In this document: positions 1 through 10,060 of the stretch, piece after piece
Position numbering within the stretch: the stretch's first letter is position 1
Layout: each line of letters begins with the position of its first letter
Assembly: GCF_002113885.1 (NCBI RefSeq)
Contig: NW_018408906.1
Location: forward strand, 1 to 64,000
Direction: 5' to 3'
Origin: Mizuhopecten yessoensis
Lineage: Eukaryota
DNA: 64,000 bases
Made by a program: the position numbers and the translations under genes
The notes under the pieces: model-generated
Databases searched by the model: none
What the model saw: the letters and a program-made list of their open reading frames with translations, nothing else
Told to the model about the DNA's origin: nothing

Positions 1-88
1 GGTATTGTGATACTTAGGAGGAGGGTACATGTATTGTAAGTACTGATATTGCGATACTTTGGAGGAGGGTACATGTATTGTAAGTACT
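1..88 (+). repeat. Tail of a 44-bp minisatellite array (GTATTGTGATACTTTGGAGGAGGGTACATGTATTGTAAGTACTG)
   Basis: Two units visible, the same unit as the arrays at 14425-15772. Confidence 0.9.
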
Positions 89-884
89 GTCTCATATTGT
101 ATATTTATAATGTATAATTTGCTATCATCTTTGTTGACCTGATTCCAGCGTGATGTTACCTAACCAATAAAACACCAAGTAGATGTGTACATTAATGTGA
201 CCAGGTAGATAAACAGGTTACAGGTTTATCTACCTGTATCTAACCTCTAACTGTACATTGAATTGGGGCGTTTCACCTGATAGGTTGAGAGGGAAAAATA
301 TTGTAGTTGGTTATAGAATAAAACGTATAAATTAATATGCAACGAGAAGGATTTATCGATTCACCTCTATTTCCCCTATTAGGTCACACCCCTCTGCACG
401 CTGGGGAGCCACACACTGTTTATACAAACTTGAGTTCCACTTGCCAAAGGATGTTCTAGACCTAATTTGGTTAAAATCCTTTCAATCACTTGGAAGGTGA
501 AGGATTTAAAATTTTAAAATATTTGTAAATGACCTTGACTCCCGCCCAAAAAATACAAAATAATACAAATATACAAAATTTAGTGATAATTCTCTATTCA
601 CACAGAAAAAAAGCTTTTAAAATATTTCTCTTTATTTCCCCTATTCGGCCCCTTCCTTCTGGCCCTAAGACCAACATACTCTGTTTAAAACTTTATACAA
701 AATCCCCTTTTCCCAAATATGCTCTAGAACAAATTTGATTAAAATCCCTTCCTTGGTAAAAAAGGAGAAAGATTTTTCCTCTATTTCCCTTATTGGGCCT
801 CACATGCACCTTTCTGTCCGAAAGGGGGGCCACAGCATGCATTCATACAACTGGAATCTTTTTACCCTAAGCATATGATCGGCC

Positions 885-1445
885 TTATGGTTATTCAGAA
901 AAAGTCGTTAAAAGGTTTTAAACACATTTGACCCCGTGACCTTCAATATAAGTCAAGGTCATTCATTTGAACAAACTTAATAGCCCCCAGATATCAAAAT
1001 TTTTGGCCTTATCGTTATACATAAATGTCGTTTAAAGGTGTAGAATATTACTGACCCCTGTGACCATGAATATAATTCAAAGTCATTCATTGGAACAAAC
1101 TAACACATTTAACCCATGTGACTTTGAATAAAAGTCAATGTCATTGATTTGAACAAACTAGGTAGCCCTTAATCCCAACATGTTACTGGCCAAATAACAA
1201 CAGCCTGAGCCTTTTGATTATTTAGAAGAAATCGTTTAAAGATTTTTAACATAGTTGACCCCTTTGACCTTGAATGTCAGTCAAGGTCATTCACTTGAAC
1301 AAACTTGGTAGCCCTTTATGCCAGCATGTTACTGCCAAAACATCACTACCCTTGGCTTTTTGGTTAATCACAAGAAATTGTTTGAAAGTTGTTTTAAGAT
1401 ATTTGACCCTGTGGCATTGGATATTAGTCAAGGGCATTGATTTGG
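885..1445. repeat. Degenerate satellite-like internal repeats of a HINE family (TGACCTTGAA...TCAAGGTCATTCATTTGAACAAAC); paralog at ~16850-17410
   Basis: Recurrent motif also forms the internal arrays of the elements at 23851-24939 and 31082-31990. Confidence 0.75.
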
Positions 1446-1562
1446 TATGCAGATGTATTATGGCATTGCGATCCTTTTCTGATGCATCTTTTGCGACTAC
1501 AGGATTAGTTCGGCACTTTATGTAACGGTCCCTGTTACGAGTAGATATTGTTATACTTTATA

Positions 1563-2791
1563 AACAAAAGGCACAATGGCCTAAGCGGTCACCTGAGTTA
1601 TATCATAGGTACTGGTAGCTTTATTTTATTGTTTAGATGTGATGTGGAAATCAGCATGTATACTCAGTGAAATACAATACTAATGTCATGTCATTAAAGG
1701 ATAAGAATTTGAAAATATTGGTAAATGTTCCCTTTGGGGCCCAACCCTAGCCCCTGGGTATGGGGCAGGAATCCCAATTTTACAATGTAATACCCTCATT
1801 ATTTAAAGATGATTCTGACTAACTTTGAGGAATTTTTCTGCTGAAAATGGATAAAATATACCCAAAAGTGTTATTTCCCTATATAAACTATAGTAAATTT
1901 TACCCCCACCCCAAAGGGGAACGGATGGGTCGGGGGTCCTGAAATTGATAATTTCAATAAAGCTCCCGATGATCTTTCTATCCATGCACTGAAATTGACT
2001 GTAGTACCTTCGAATCTGGAGAAGAAGGTTTTTAAAATATTGGTTAATTTTCCCTTTGGGGCCCCAACCTGGCTCAAGGGGTTGGGGTAGGAATCTAAAT
2101 TTTACAATTTAAAACCATCTTCCTCTAAGGATAATTCTCACCTAGTAAAAATAATTTCCTAAAGAAAATTGTCAAAATATACCCAAAAGTGTTATTTCCC
2201 TATATAAACTATAGTAAATTTTACCCCCACCCCAAAGGGGAACGGATGGGTCGGGGGTCCTGAAATTGATAATTTCAATAAAGCTCCCGATGATCTTTCT
2301 ATCCATGCACTGAAATTGACTGTAGTACCTTCGAATCTGGAGAAGAAGGTTTTTAAAATATTGGTTAATTTTCCCTTTGGGGCCCCANTCCTATATAAAC
2401 TATCGTAAATTGTATCCCCTCCCCAAGGGAGAACGGATAGCTCGGGGTCCTGAAATTTACAATTTAAATAAAGCCCATGATCATCTTTCTTTCCATGCAC
2501 TGAAATTGACTGTAGTACCTTCGAGTCTGGAGAAGAAGATTTTTGAAATATTGATTGATTTTCCCTTTGGGGTCCCGCCCTGGTCCCAGGGGTTGGGGTA
2601 GGAATCTCAATTTTACAATGTGTAACTTCATCTACTAAGGATGATTCTGACCAAGTTTGAAAAAATTCCATCCGCTGGTTCTTGAGAAGAAGTTGAAAAT
2701 GTAAAAAGTTTACGCACGACGGACGATGCACAACGACGGACGGAAAACGATTAGAATAGGTCACTTGAGCAAAGCTCAGATGACCTAAAAA
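1563..2791 (-). mobile_element. Non-autonomous Helentron-type element (HINE/DINE-1/pearl-like)
   Basis: One end is AACAA(A/G)AGGC..GGCCT hairpin + sub-TIR GGTCACCTGAG. The other end is GACGGACG microsatellite + AGGTCACTTGAG-CAAAG-CTCAGATGACCT inverted repeat + A-run. Internal tandem repeats. Confidence 0.8.
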
Positions 2792-3053
2792 GAAAGAATT
2801 ATATGTACCCTTCCAGAGCAATGATTTCATGTCGTGTAAAAAGTTCGGGTTCTTTAATTTGTTCCTTTGGCCAAAGAAAGGTGTCCTTTGCTAGATATGG
2901 CTTACATTTTATTTTTATATATATTTCTGACAGCAGTGACCTTCGTTTTTCAGAGGTCATATAACAGAAAGAGTAGTCATACGTGCGTCAATATTCATTA
3001 ATTAATTAAAAATCGAAAAACATCAATATGTATGCAAAGAAGATGTACAGATT

Positions 3054-4740
3054 AACAAGAGGCCCTGTGGCCTGAATAGCTCACTTGCTATGGTTATTAC
3101 CTCCATTATAACTCTGATAGACAGACGGATGATAATTTAGTGAAAGTCTCGTCTTACTTTTTCCCTGTTAACCAATTTTAGGATTTTAAAAGGACATAAG
3201 AACTCTCCAGGTCACCCTTTTGTATATACAAAGATGACCCCCGCTTAGGCAAATATTAGAATTTACCTGTATTTCTACTACTGGGCCATGTCCCTCTGCC
3301 ACCAGGAATGCCACACTCTCCTTTATTTACCTGTATTTCTACTACTGGGCCATGTCCCTCTGCCACCAGAAAGGCCACACTCTCCTTTATTTACCTGTAT
3401 TTCTCCTACAGGACCATGTCCCTTGCCACCAGGAACGCCACACTCTCCTTTATTTACCTGTATTTCTACTCCTGGGCCATGTCCCTCTGCCCCCAGGAAC
3501 GCCACTCTCTCCTTTATTTACCTGTATTTCTACTACTGGGACATGTCCCTCTGCCACCAGGAACGCCACACTCTCCTTTATTTACCTGTATTTCTACTAC
3601 TGGGACATGTCCCTCTGCCACCAGGAACGCCATACTCTCCTTTACTTACCTGTATTTCTACTACTGGGCCATGTCCCTCTGCCACCAGGAACGCCACTCT
3701 CTCCTTTATTTACCTGTATTTCTACTACTGGGCCATGTCCCTCTGCCACCAGGAACGCCACACTCTCCTTTGTTTACCTGTATTTCTGCTACTGGGCCAT
3801 GTCCCTCTGCCACCAGGAACGCCACTCTCTCCTTTATTTACCTGTATTTCTCCTACAGGACCATGTCCCTCTGCCACCAGGAACGCCACTCTCTCCTTTA
3901 TTTACCTGTATTTCTACTACTGGACCATGTCCCTCTGCCACCAGGAACGCCATACTCTCCTTTATTTACCTGTATTTCTACTACTGGGCCATGTCCCTCT
4001 GCCACCAGGAACGCCACTCTCTCTTTTCATACAATGAGTCCCCTTGGACCAAACACGCTCGAGACAGATCCAGCTTAAAATCCCTTTACTCCACTAAAAA
4101 GTAGTATTTCAAACATCTACAATATTTCCCATATAGCATCCCATCCCTCTGCCCCAAGGAACACCACACCCTCCGTTTATAAAACACTGAATCCCTTACG
4201 ACCAAAGGATGCCCTACACCAAATCAGGTTAAAATCCTGTTATCTCTTCTCTCTCTTAGTTCGAATTTTAAAGATGATCCTGTATTTTCTCTACTGGGTT
4301 CAATTCCTCTTACCCCCATGAGGGCTACAAACAAATGCAAATGAGGTTCAAAACAAATTAGATTAAAATACCATAACCTGTACTCAAAGAGTAGGATCTT
4401 ATAGATTAACCTATGTTTCTCCTCCGCTCCAAAGCAGGTTATACCTTATAACTGCTAGAGTCCCCTTGGCCAAAGGATACTTCAGAAAAATTGTGGTAAA
4501 AGTCCCTCTATCCCTACTCAAGAAACAGGATTTAAGATTTTCCTGTATTTCCGCTCTAATGGGCACCACCCGTCTGCCCCCAAAAATGTAACATCCTGCC
4601 AATAAACATTGATAGAGTCCCCTTGACCAAAGGATACTCCAGACTTACTAAGGTGAAAATCCCTATACTCAAGGAATAGGATTCAAAGTGTTTATGTTAT
4701 ATAACCCGTACTGGGCCCCTTCCCTCTGGAGTAAACAATA
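3054..4740 (-). mobile_element. Truncated HINE-like element containing the 64-bp VNTR (paralog from 19646)
   Basis: Terminus AACAAGAGGCCCTGTGGCCTGAATAGCTCACTTG at 3054; degenerate internal repeats; second terminus not found, so the right boundary is approximate. Confidence 0.55.
3263..4027 (+). repeat. 64-bp minisatellite, ~12 copies
   Basis: Unit CCTTTATTTACCTGTATTTCTACTACTGGGCCATGTCCCTCTGCCACCAGGAACGCCACTCTCT, spacing 63-64 bp. Explains the three overlapping 250-aa ORFs. Confidence 0.95.
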
Positions 4741-4988
4741 AATGATATACAGTACGGAACAATGTTTGGGGTTATATAGTATAACTCGGTACGGAACAAT
4801 GTTTGGGGTCTTATAGTATAACTCGTCTGTTTACCTAAACAATTCAAATTTAAGTTTAAACAGTCACATTTTGTAATCAATAGAAAATTTAATTATTATT
4901 TTTTCTTTCACAGGTACACAAAAGAAGACCTCAAGATCCTCCAGAAGTTACTTCCCTGTACACTTTTATTTCTCCCACATCCACAACC

Positions 4989-6644
4989 ATGGCAACCAAA
5001 CACAGCAGCCCCAGTCCACAAATTCCAGTCAGGATCAAAGGCCACACAAAGTGTCCGTACCATAAAGACAATGAGGTGGTTCTCCTCTGTCAGGACTGTG
5101 GAATACTGATCTGTACGACTTGTTCCATAACAACTCACAAAATACATATTGATAGCTTTTGTGAAATTTCGAAAATTACAAATGAACAAAAAAATACACT
5201 ACTGGACTTTATGAATGAAACAGAAAACATTGAAATTCCCAAACTCAAAAATGAAATCCAATCGGCAAGGAACGAAATTTCCACAAGTGAATCTAACTAC
5301 AAAAAACTCTCTGTTAATATCAAAAAACAGCGCGATCAATGTAAACTAGATTTAGATAAAATAACGGAGGATTATTTAGCAATATGTAACAAGATGGAGA
5401 AAGGGACCACAGACCTCCTTCAGATTCACATCACAAACCTGGAGGACAGGTTAGACACTTTAGTGAAACTCTCATCAGAGTGTAAACAGACCCTCCAGAC
5501 AGGCACTGCTGTACTTGTGTATGACTCGGTATCGGAAATCAAGGACATGGACTTAGATATCCGACAGACACCTATCATAGACATGACAGAGTTAACTCCA
5601 GATAACGACAGACAAAGTCACCTGGAGCAGGCCATGGGGAAAATGAAGACTCCTACTGACAATCTCCAGGCAGGATCAGCACCTAGTGGTCACTCCAAAC
5701 AAGGTCCAGTTGGGAGACCTAAACAGTCCAAATCTACAGAGACGGGTCAAGCCTCCACTGGAGCAGTCCTGTACAAACTCTGTGACAGTCCAACTGTCAT
5801 ATCTCAGTTCTTATACCCAGATCCTATCACATCAATCTGTCCTACATCTGATGGACGTGCATGGCTGTGTAATTATAAAACCAACACAGTAAAACTCATC
5901 AACAACAAAGGTAACTTTTTCTCCAACAAACCTAAAGTCATACAGAAGATACAACACAACAGTAACATCAGACACATCAGTCTGGACCCCACCACAGGTC
6001 GTCTGTGGTTCTGTTGTTTGGATGAGAGGACTATTTACGAGGTATCTACATCATCTACACCAGTCACAAGGTTTACTACAGAGGGATACCCAGTTAGTCT
6101 GTGTGTGACTAGGGAAGGTCGGGTATTGGTGGGTACATGGGGTAGACAGGGGTACAAAGGGGTGATGTACACAGCAGACGGCAATGTGTTACACACATCC
6201 ACTTTGGAGGGGTCAGGGGAGGGGGCAGTACAGTCCATCACACAGTGTGGTGTTACAGGTAACATAGCTATAGTGAGTAGTAAACTAATCAGTGGGGACT
6301 ATAGTGATCACAACAACTACAGGCATCACATCATTGTGTACAACGGGACACTCCAGTCCCTGGTCCACTACCGGGGAGAGGGGATACAGGCACGGGAGGC
6401 GATCACACCAGACATGCTTGATCCAGTAACAGTTGTATATGACAGTAAGGGTAATATTGTTATTGCTGACTATAGAAGGAACACAATAGAACTGATAAGT
6501 GGAGCAGGGAAGTACATAAAAACACTTCACACAAACAAAGGACAGGGGCAAGTAGGTATACAGAAGGATGATGTGTTGTGGTCACGCTTAAAGTTAGATA
6601 CAGGAGAGAAGGGACTCAAACTTCTCAAGTATTACAGTGACTGA
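4989..6644 (+). CDS. B-box / coiled-coil / NHL-like beta-propeller protein (RING-less TRIM-like), copy A, 551 aa
   Basis: B-box2 pattern CPYH...CQDC...ICTTC...H..H; heptad-rich helical region; C-terminal propeller blades (e.g. DPVTVVYDSKGNIVIADYRRNTIELI). Splice acceptor TTTTTCTTTCACAG at 4913 lies 75 nt upstream of the ATG. AATAAA at 6688 and 7612. Confidence 0.9.
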   Translation: MATKHSSPSPQIPVRIKGHTKCPYHKDNEVVLLCQDCGILICTTCSITTHKIHIDSFCEISKITNEQKNTLLDFMNETENIEIPKLKNEIQSARNEISTSESNYKKLSVNIKKQRDQCKLDLDKITEDYLAICNKMEKGTTDLLQIHITNLEDRLDTLVKLSSECKQTLQTGTAVLVYDSVSEIKDMDLDIRQTPIIDMTELTPDNDRQSHLEQAMGKMKTPTDNLQAGSAPSGHSKQGPVGRPKQSKSTETGQASTGAVLYKLCDSPTVISQFLYPDPITSICPTSDGRAWLCNYKTNTVKLINNKGNFFSNKPKVIQKIQHNSNIRHISLDPTTGRLWFCCLDERTIYEVSTSSTPVTRFTTEGYPVSLCVTREGRVLVGTWGRQGYKGVMYTADGNVLHTSTLEGSGEGAVQSITQCGVTGNIAIVSSKLISGDYSDHNNYRHHIIVYNGTLQSLVHYRGEGIQAREAITPDMLDPVTVVYDSKGNIVIADYRRNTIELISGAGKYIKTLHTNKGQGQVGIQKDDVLWSRLKLDTGEKGLKLLKYYSD

Positions 6645-7114
6645 GGAATGACTAAACCTGGAGTGATGATACAGACAAATTATACCAAATAAATACAAAA
6701 GGACGTTAATTTTAAAATTAAACGTTGACCTTTGTTATTATGATCTTATACACTTCCAACACTTACACAGACTAACAATATCATGTTTGAAGAATTAATG
6801 TAGACATGTCACAGATTTATTGTTTTGTAAATAGTTTCTGTTACAACTTCTGTTTAGAAGTGTTGTTTCAAAATAATGTCATCATTTATCTAACAAACTG
6901 CCATGCCGGAACATCAGGTTCATTTATTTTGGTGTGAAATATGTTCTTTTCAATCTTCAAGGAAAATGTCATTGATTTCTAAAACCTGCAATGAAATCTG
7001 AAATCAGCGTCTCTGTACTAATGACTTGTTTTCTAGGTGTATATCCTGACTGCCCCTATATTCTCAAGTAGACTGTTCCGAACACCTGATCTACATATAA
7101 AAGGACATCAAAAA

Positions 7115-7203
7115 CAGTAAATCTACCGACTTCCGTCAGTGAGATGAAACCCGTAAGGGCGGATTCATGTAGGCGCTAAACACCTCAACCATCCAGTAAA
7201 TCT
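7115..7203 (+). mobile_element. 69-bp insertion flanked by a 10-bp direct repeat CAGTAAATCT (probable 5'-truncated retroposon tail)
   Basis: Present in copy A and absent at the paralogous site near 23280, which has a single CAGTAAATCT. Its end resembles the microsatellite-tailed module at 12240-12290. Confidence 0.55.
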
Positions 7204-7995
7204 GTTATACTGAACTACCCAGTAGTGAAGTGGGGGTAAACCACTCAAACGAACAGAAACATCACTGATTGTGTCACTAACACAGTTCCAATATACATGT
7301 ATTGTCATCATTCATTGCTTCAAATCTGTTATGTCAGTGTTTGTGCCTCCAGCTGATGCTGACAGCCGGGGTCAAATCTAGCAGGATTTATGGTCAGTTT
7401 AACGTAGTCATATAGGGATCAAATATTTGCAGGATTGTTAGAAGGTTTGAGTGAGAATTAGAAAGTTAGTAATACTATTGGTTTTAGCTTGTAGATCTGT
7501 TTAGTTTTAAAGTTTATAGTTGGAGATAACGTTTGAAGTGCTGTGGAGAGATTGAGTTCACAATGGTGAATACTTTTATATTTTATGACAGATTGAAACA
7601 CTTGTGTTCCAAATAAAGTGTAAATATAATTATAATTATTTTGTTGCTCAAATATTTTGAAGAAATTGAAAACACCAATAATCTTGAAATTACGTTGGTT
7701 ATTCCATAAACATTTAGGTAGGTAAAAATTATTGTGTATCTATTTTACATGAATGATTTTTTTTTTATATTTTGTGTTATTCATACTTTATTAAATCAAT
7801 AACATATTTCTAACATTCATGGTTGTCGGAGGTAATAAGGTGATTTTCCTAACGAGAAAAAAATGAATTATTTGGCCTAAACAGGTTTGCTGCCACAGGC
7901 ACAAAGAGTAACCATAAAGGTATGCGACATGTGATATCAGCAAGTATAAATTGGAGAGGAGGAAAAAATCATGTTTGCATATATACATGTATATA

Positions 7996-8350
7996 TGTCG
8001 CGGAACTGGACTGGGTCGATCGTCAGTAACCTGAGGAGGCTCAATTGGTAGAGCGTACATTTAGAGTTTGTAGGGTCCTGAATTTGAACCTCGGTCTGGC
8101 CATGCATTTTTCCTCTCCTGTGACAGTAGTGCCTGTGATCAACCCTTGTTTAAAGCATTTGGTGTAGGCTTGGTAAGGGTGTCGTCTTCCGGGGGCAAAG
8201 AGTTAGAAAAAGGAGGGAGGAATGTAGTGGAACTGGACTGGGTCGATCGTTGGCAACCAGGTAGCTCAATTGGCAGTGCATCCTTCTAGAGTTTGGAGGG
8301 TCCCATGTTCGAACCCCGTTCTGGCCATGCATTTTTCCTCTCCTGTTACA
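7996..8350 (+). mobile_element. Miniature LTR retrotransposon with tRNA-like LTRs (Helenus-like)
   Basis: Direct repeats 7996-8125 and 8223-8350, both TG...CA. 97-bp interior begins with a decayed PBS-like GTAGTGCCTGTGA and ends in a polypurine tract AGAAAAAGGAGGGAGGAA. A box TAGCTCAATTGG (8262) and B box GTTCGAACC (8307) lie inside the LTR. Flanks TATA/CATA (3 of 4 match). Confidence 0.85.
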
Positions 8351-8588
8351 CATACATACTTAATTAATGTAAACACACTTCTTCTTCCTCTCCGATCTCC
8401 CTCAATCCAAAGTTGCTGGACACACCTATGTGATGTGTACTGAGTATATGCAATATACATATTAGTGTGTCCAGCACCTGTTTCTCAATCTAGTTTTGAT
8501 TATGATAAATGAGTACCTATCACAAAACCCAATGAAAAAATAGGATAGAACTGTATTACCACTATAAACTGTATAATACGACTAATAA

Positions 8589-8675
8589 AATAGGTCCTTT
8601 CGCTCATTCGGTGTAAATCACTACAAGGTTAGCGCGGATAAAGGAGGGAAGCCAAAAGTGCTATATGGACCTATT
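8589..8675. mobile_element. Small MITE-like element
   Basis: Terminal inverted repeat AATAGGTCC...GGACCTATT. Confidence 0.35.
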
Positions 8676-9417
8676 AGTTAGGTAGGAATAACGGGATAAG
8701 GTGAATTCTGAACAAATAATCAATATCTGTTTATCTGACACAGCTAATAGTGTAATAACAACAATATCCAATCAATCAAAATAATAAACAAATTAAACTA
8801 ATTATTCAAACCAAAAAACATTCATTTATTATCCAAAAAACATTTCACATCCGGTTGATATAAGAAAGCTGCAACGTATGTGTTCTGGCCACGTGCGGGT
8901 AGTTCCGTTTTTAAAAGGACGCGTCTTCCACCCCACAGTTATCTTCTATCTAATCAAGTATAATATTATACATATATATATACATGAGTACATACACATG
9001 GATACATATATATGTACCGCCGTGGGGTGATGCACAGTCTGAAGCGGTATGCCGTTTCTTAAATTTTATGAAACATATAACACAGCGATGTTATAACAAA
9101 ATGAAACATAATATATACACAATGTATGTAGACATTAGCACATACACATCAAAGTAAACACACCAACCCCTAAGTATCCTCCCACAACCAACCCATCCCC
9201 CCTCCCCCAAACCATCCCCATCACCACTCCGGTCCATACAACTAGCACTCGACAAAACCCATAAATCCATCGGAACATTTCATTGATACCCAGCACTTCT
9301 TTCAATCTGCAACCCCTCGAGCTCCCATCAATGTTATATCCAAACTATAACACTAACCATCCCCTCCCCACCTCCCCGTTTTCTTCTTTCCCTATACTTA
9401 TAATCACACTATACACT

Positions 9418-9923
9418 AACAAGAGGCCCAGGGGCCTTAATAGCTCACCTGGTATAGCACATCTTCTATTTATAAATATTCAATTCCCTTTGCCCAAAGA
9501 TTCTCTAGAACAAGTTTTGTTAGGTTAAAATCCCTTCAACGGTACAGAAGGAGAAGGATCTTCAATGTTTTCCTCAATTTCCCATTATGGGCCCCACTCA
9601 TCTGCCCCAATAAAGGGGGTCCACACACCTCAGGTTACACAAAATTGATTCTTTTGTCCCTAAGCATGCTTCAGACTGCATTTGGTTTAAATCCCTTCAC
9701 TTGTATAGTAGGAGAGAAAAAAAATCCCCTATTTCCCCTATTGCACCCCNTAACCTATTTTCCCCCTATTTGGCCCCGCCCCTCTGCCCCCAGGGTGACC
9801 ATACCCTCTGTTTATACAAAACTTAGAACCCTTTGGCCAATGATGCTCCAGACTAAATTTGGTCAAAATCCTCTGCGGCATGGGATAAGCTCACTTGGCC
9901 CTTCGGGCTAAGTGAGCTAAAAA
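9418..9923 (-). mobile_element. HINE-like element
   Basis: AACAAGAGGCCCAGGGGCCTTAATAGCTCACCTGG at one end; AGCTCACTTGGCCCTTCGGGCTAAGTGAGCTAAAA hairpin at the other; single N at 9750. Confidence 0.8.
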
Positions 9924-10060
9924 TCATTAATGTCGGAACCATGAAGAATTAAATGAAAGACAAGACGAGGTTTTTCATAAAGATGCCATTGGTAAAAGTA
10001 CAGTCAGCTATATTTTCAGTGACGCATGATGAAGCCAGGATTACATTGAACGGACAACAA

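Larger units (their letters stand above)
1..7330 (+). repeat. Segmental duplication, copy A (paralog of ~15690-23410)
   Basis: Colinear near-identity with ~15690-23410: 44-bp array, HINEs, 64-bp VNTR, intron end, CDS (offset 16129) and 3' flank. The left edge probably extends beyond the window. Confidence 0.95.

Noticed and set aside
2173-2388. Exact ~215-bp duplication of 1852-2067
   Set aside because: Ends at a single N and is absent from copy B; probably an assembly join artefact.
3288-4104. Three overlapping ~250-aa ORFs (and 19905-20233)
   Set aside because: Artefact of a stop-free 64-bp tandem unit cycling through all frames inside an intron.
8255-8327. Possible tRNA gene (also ~58905-58980)
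   Set aside because: Stems are degenerate and each copy sits inside an LTR direct repeat; better explained as tRNA-derived LTR sequence.
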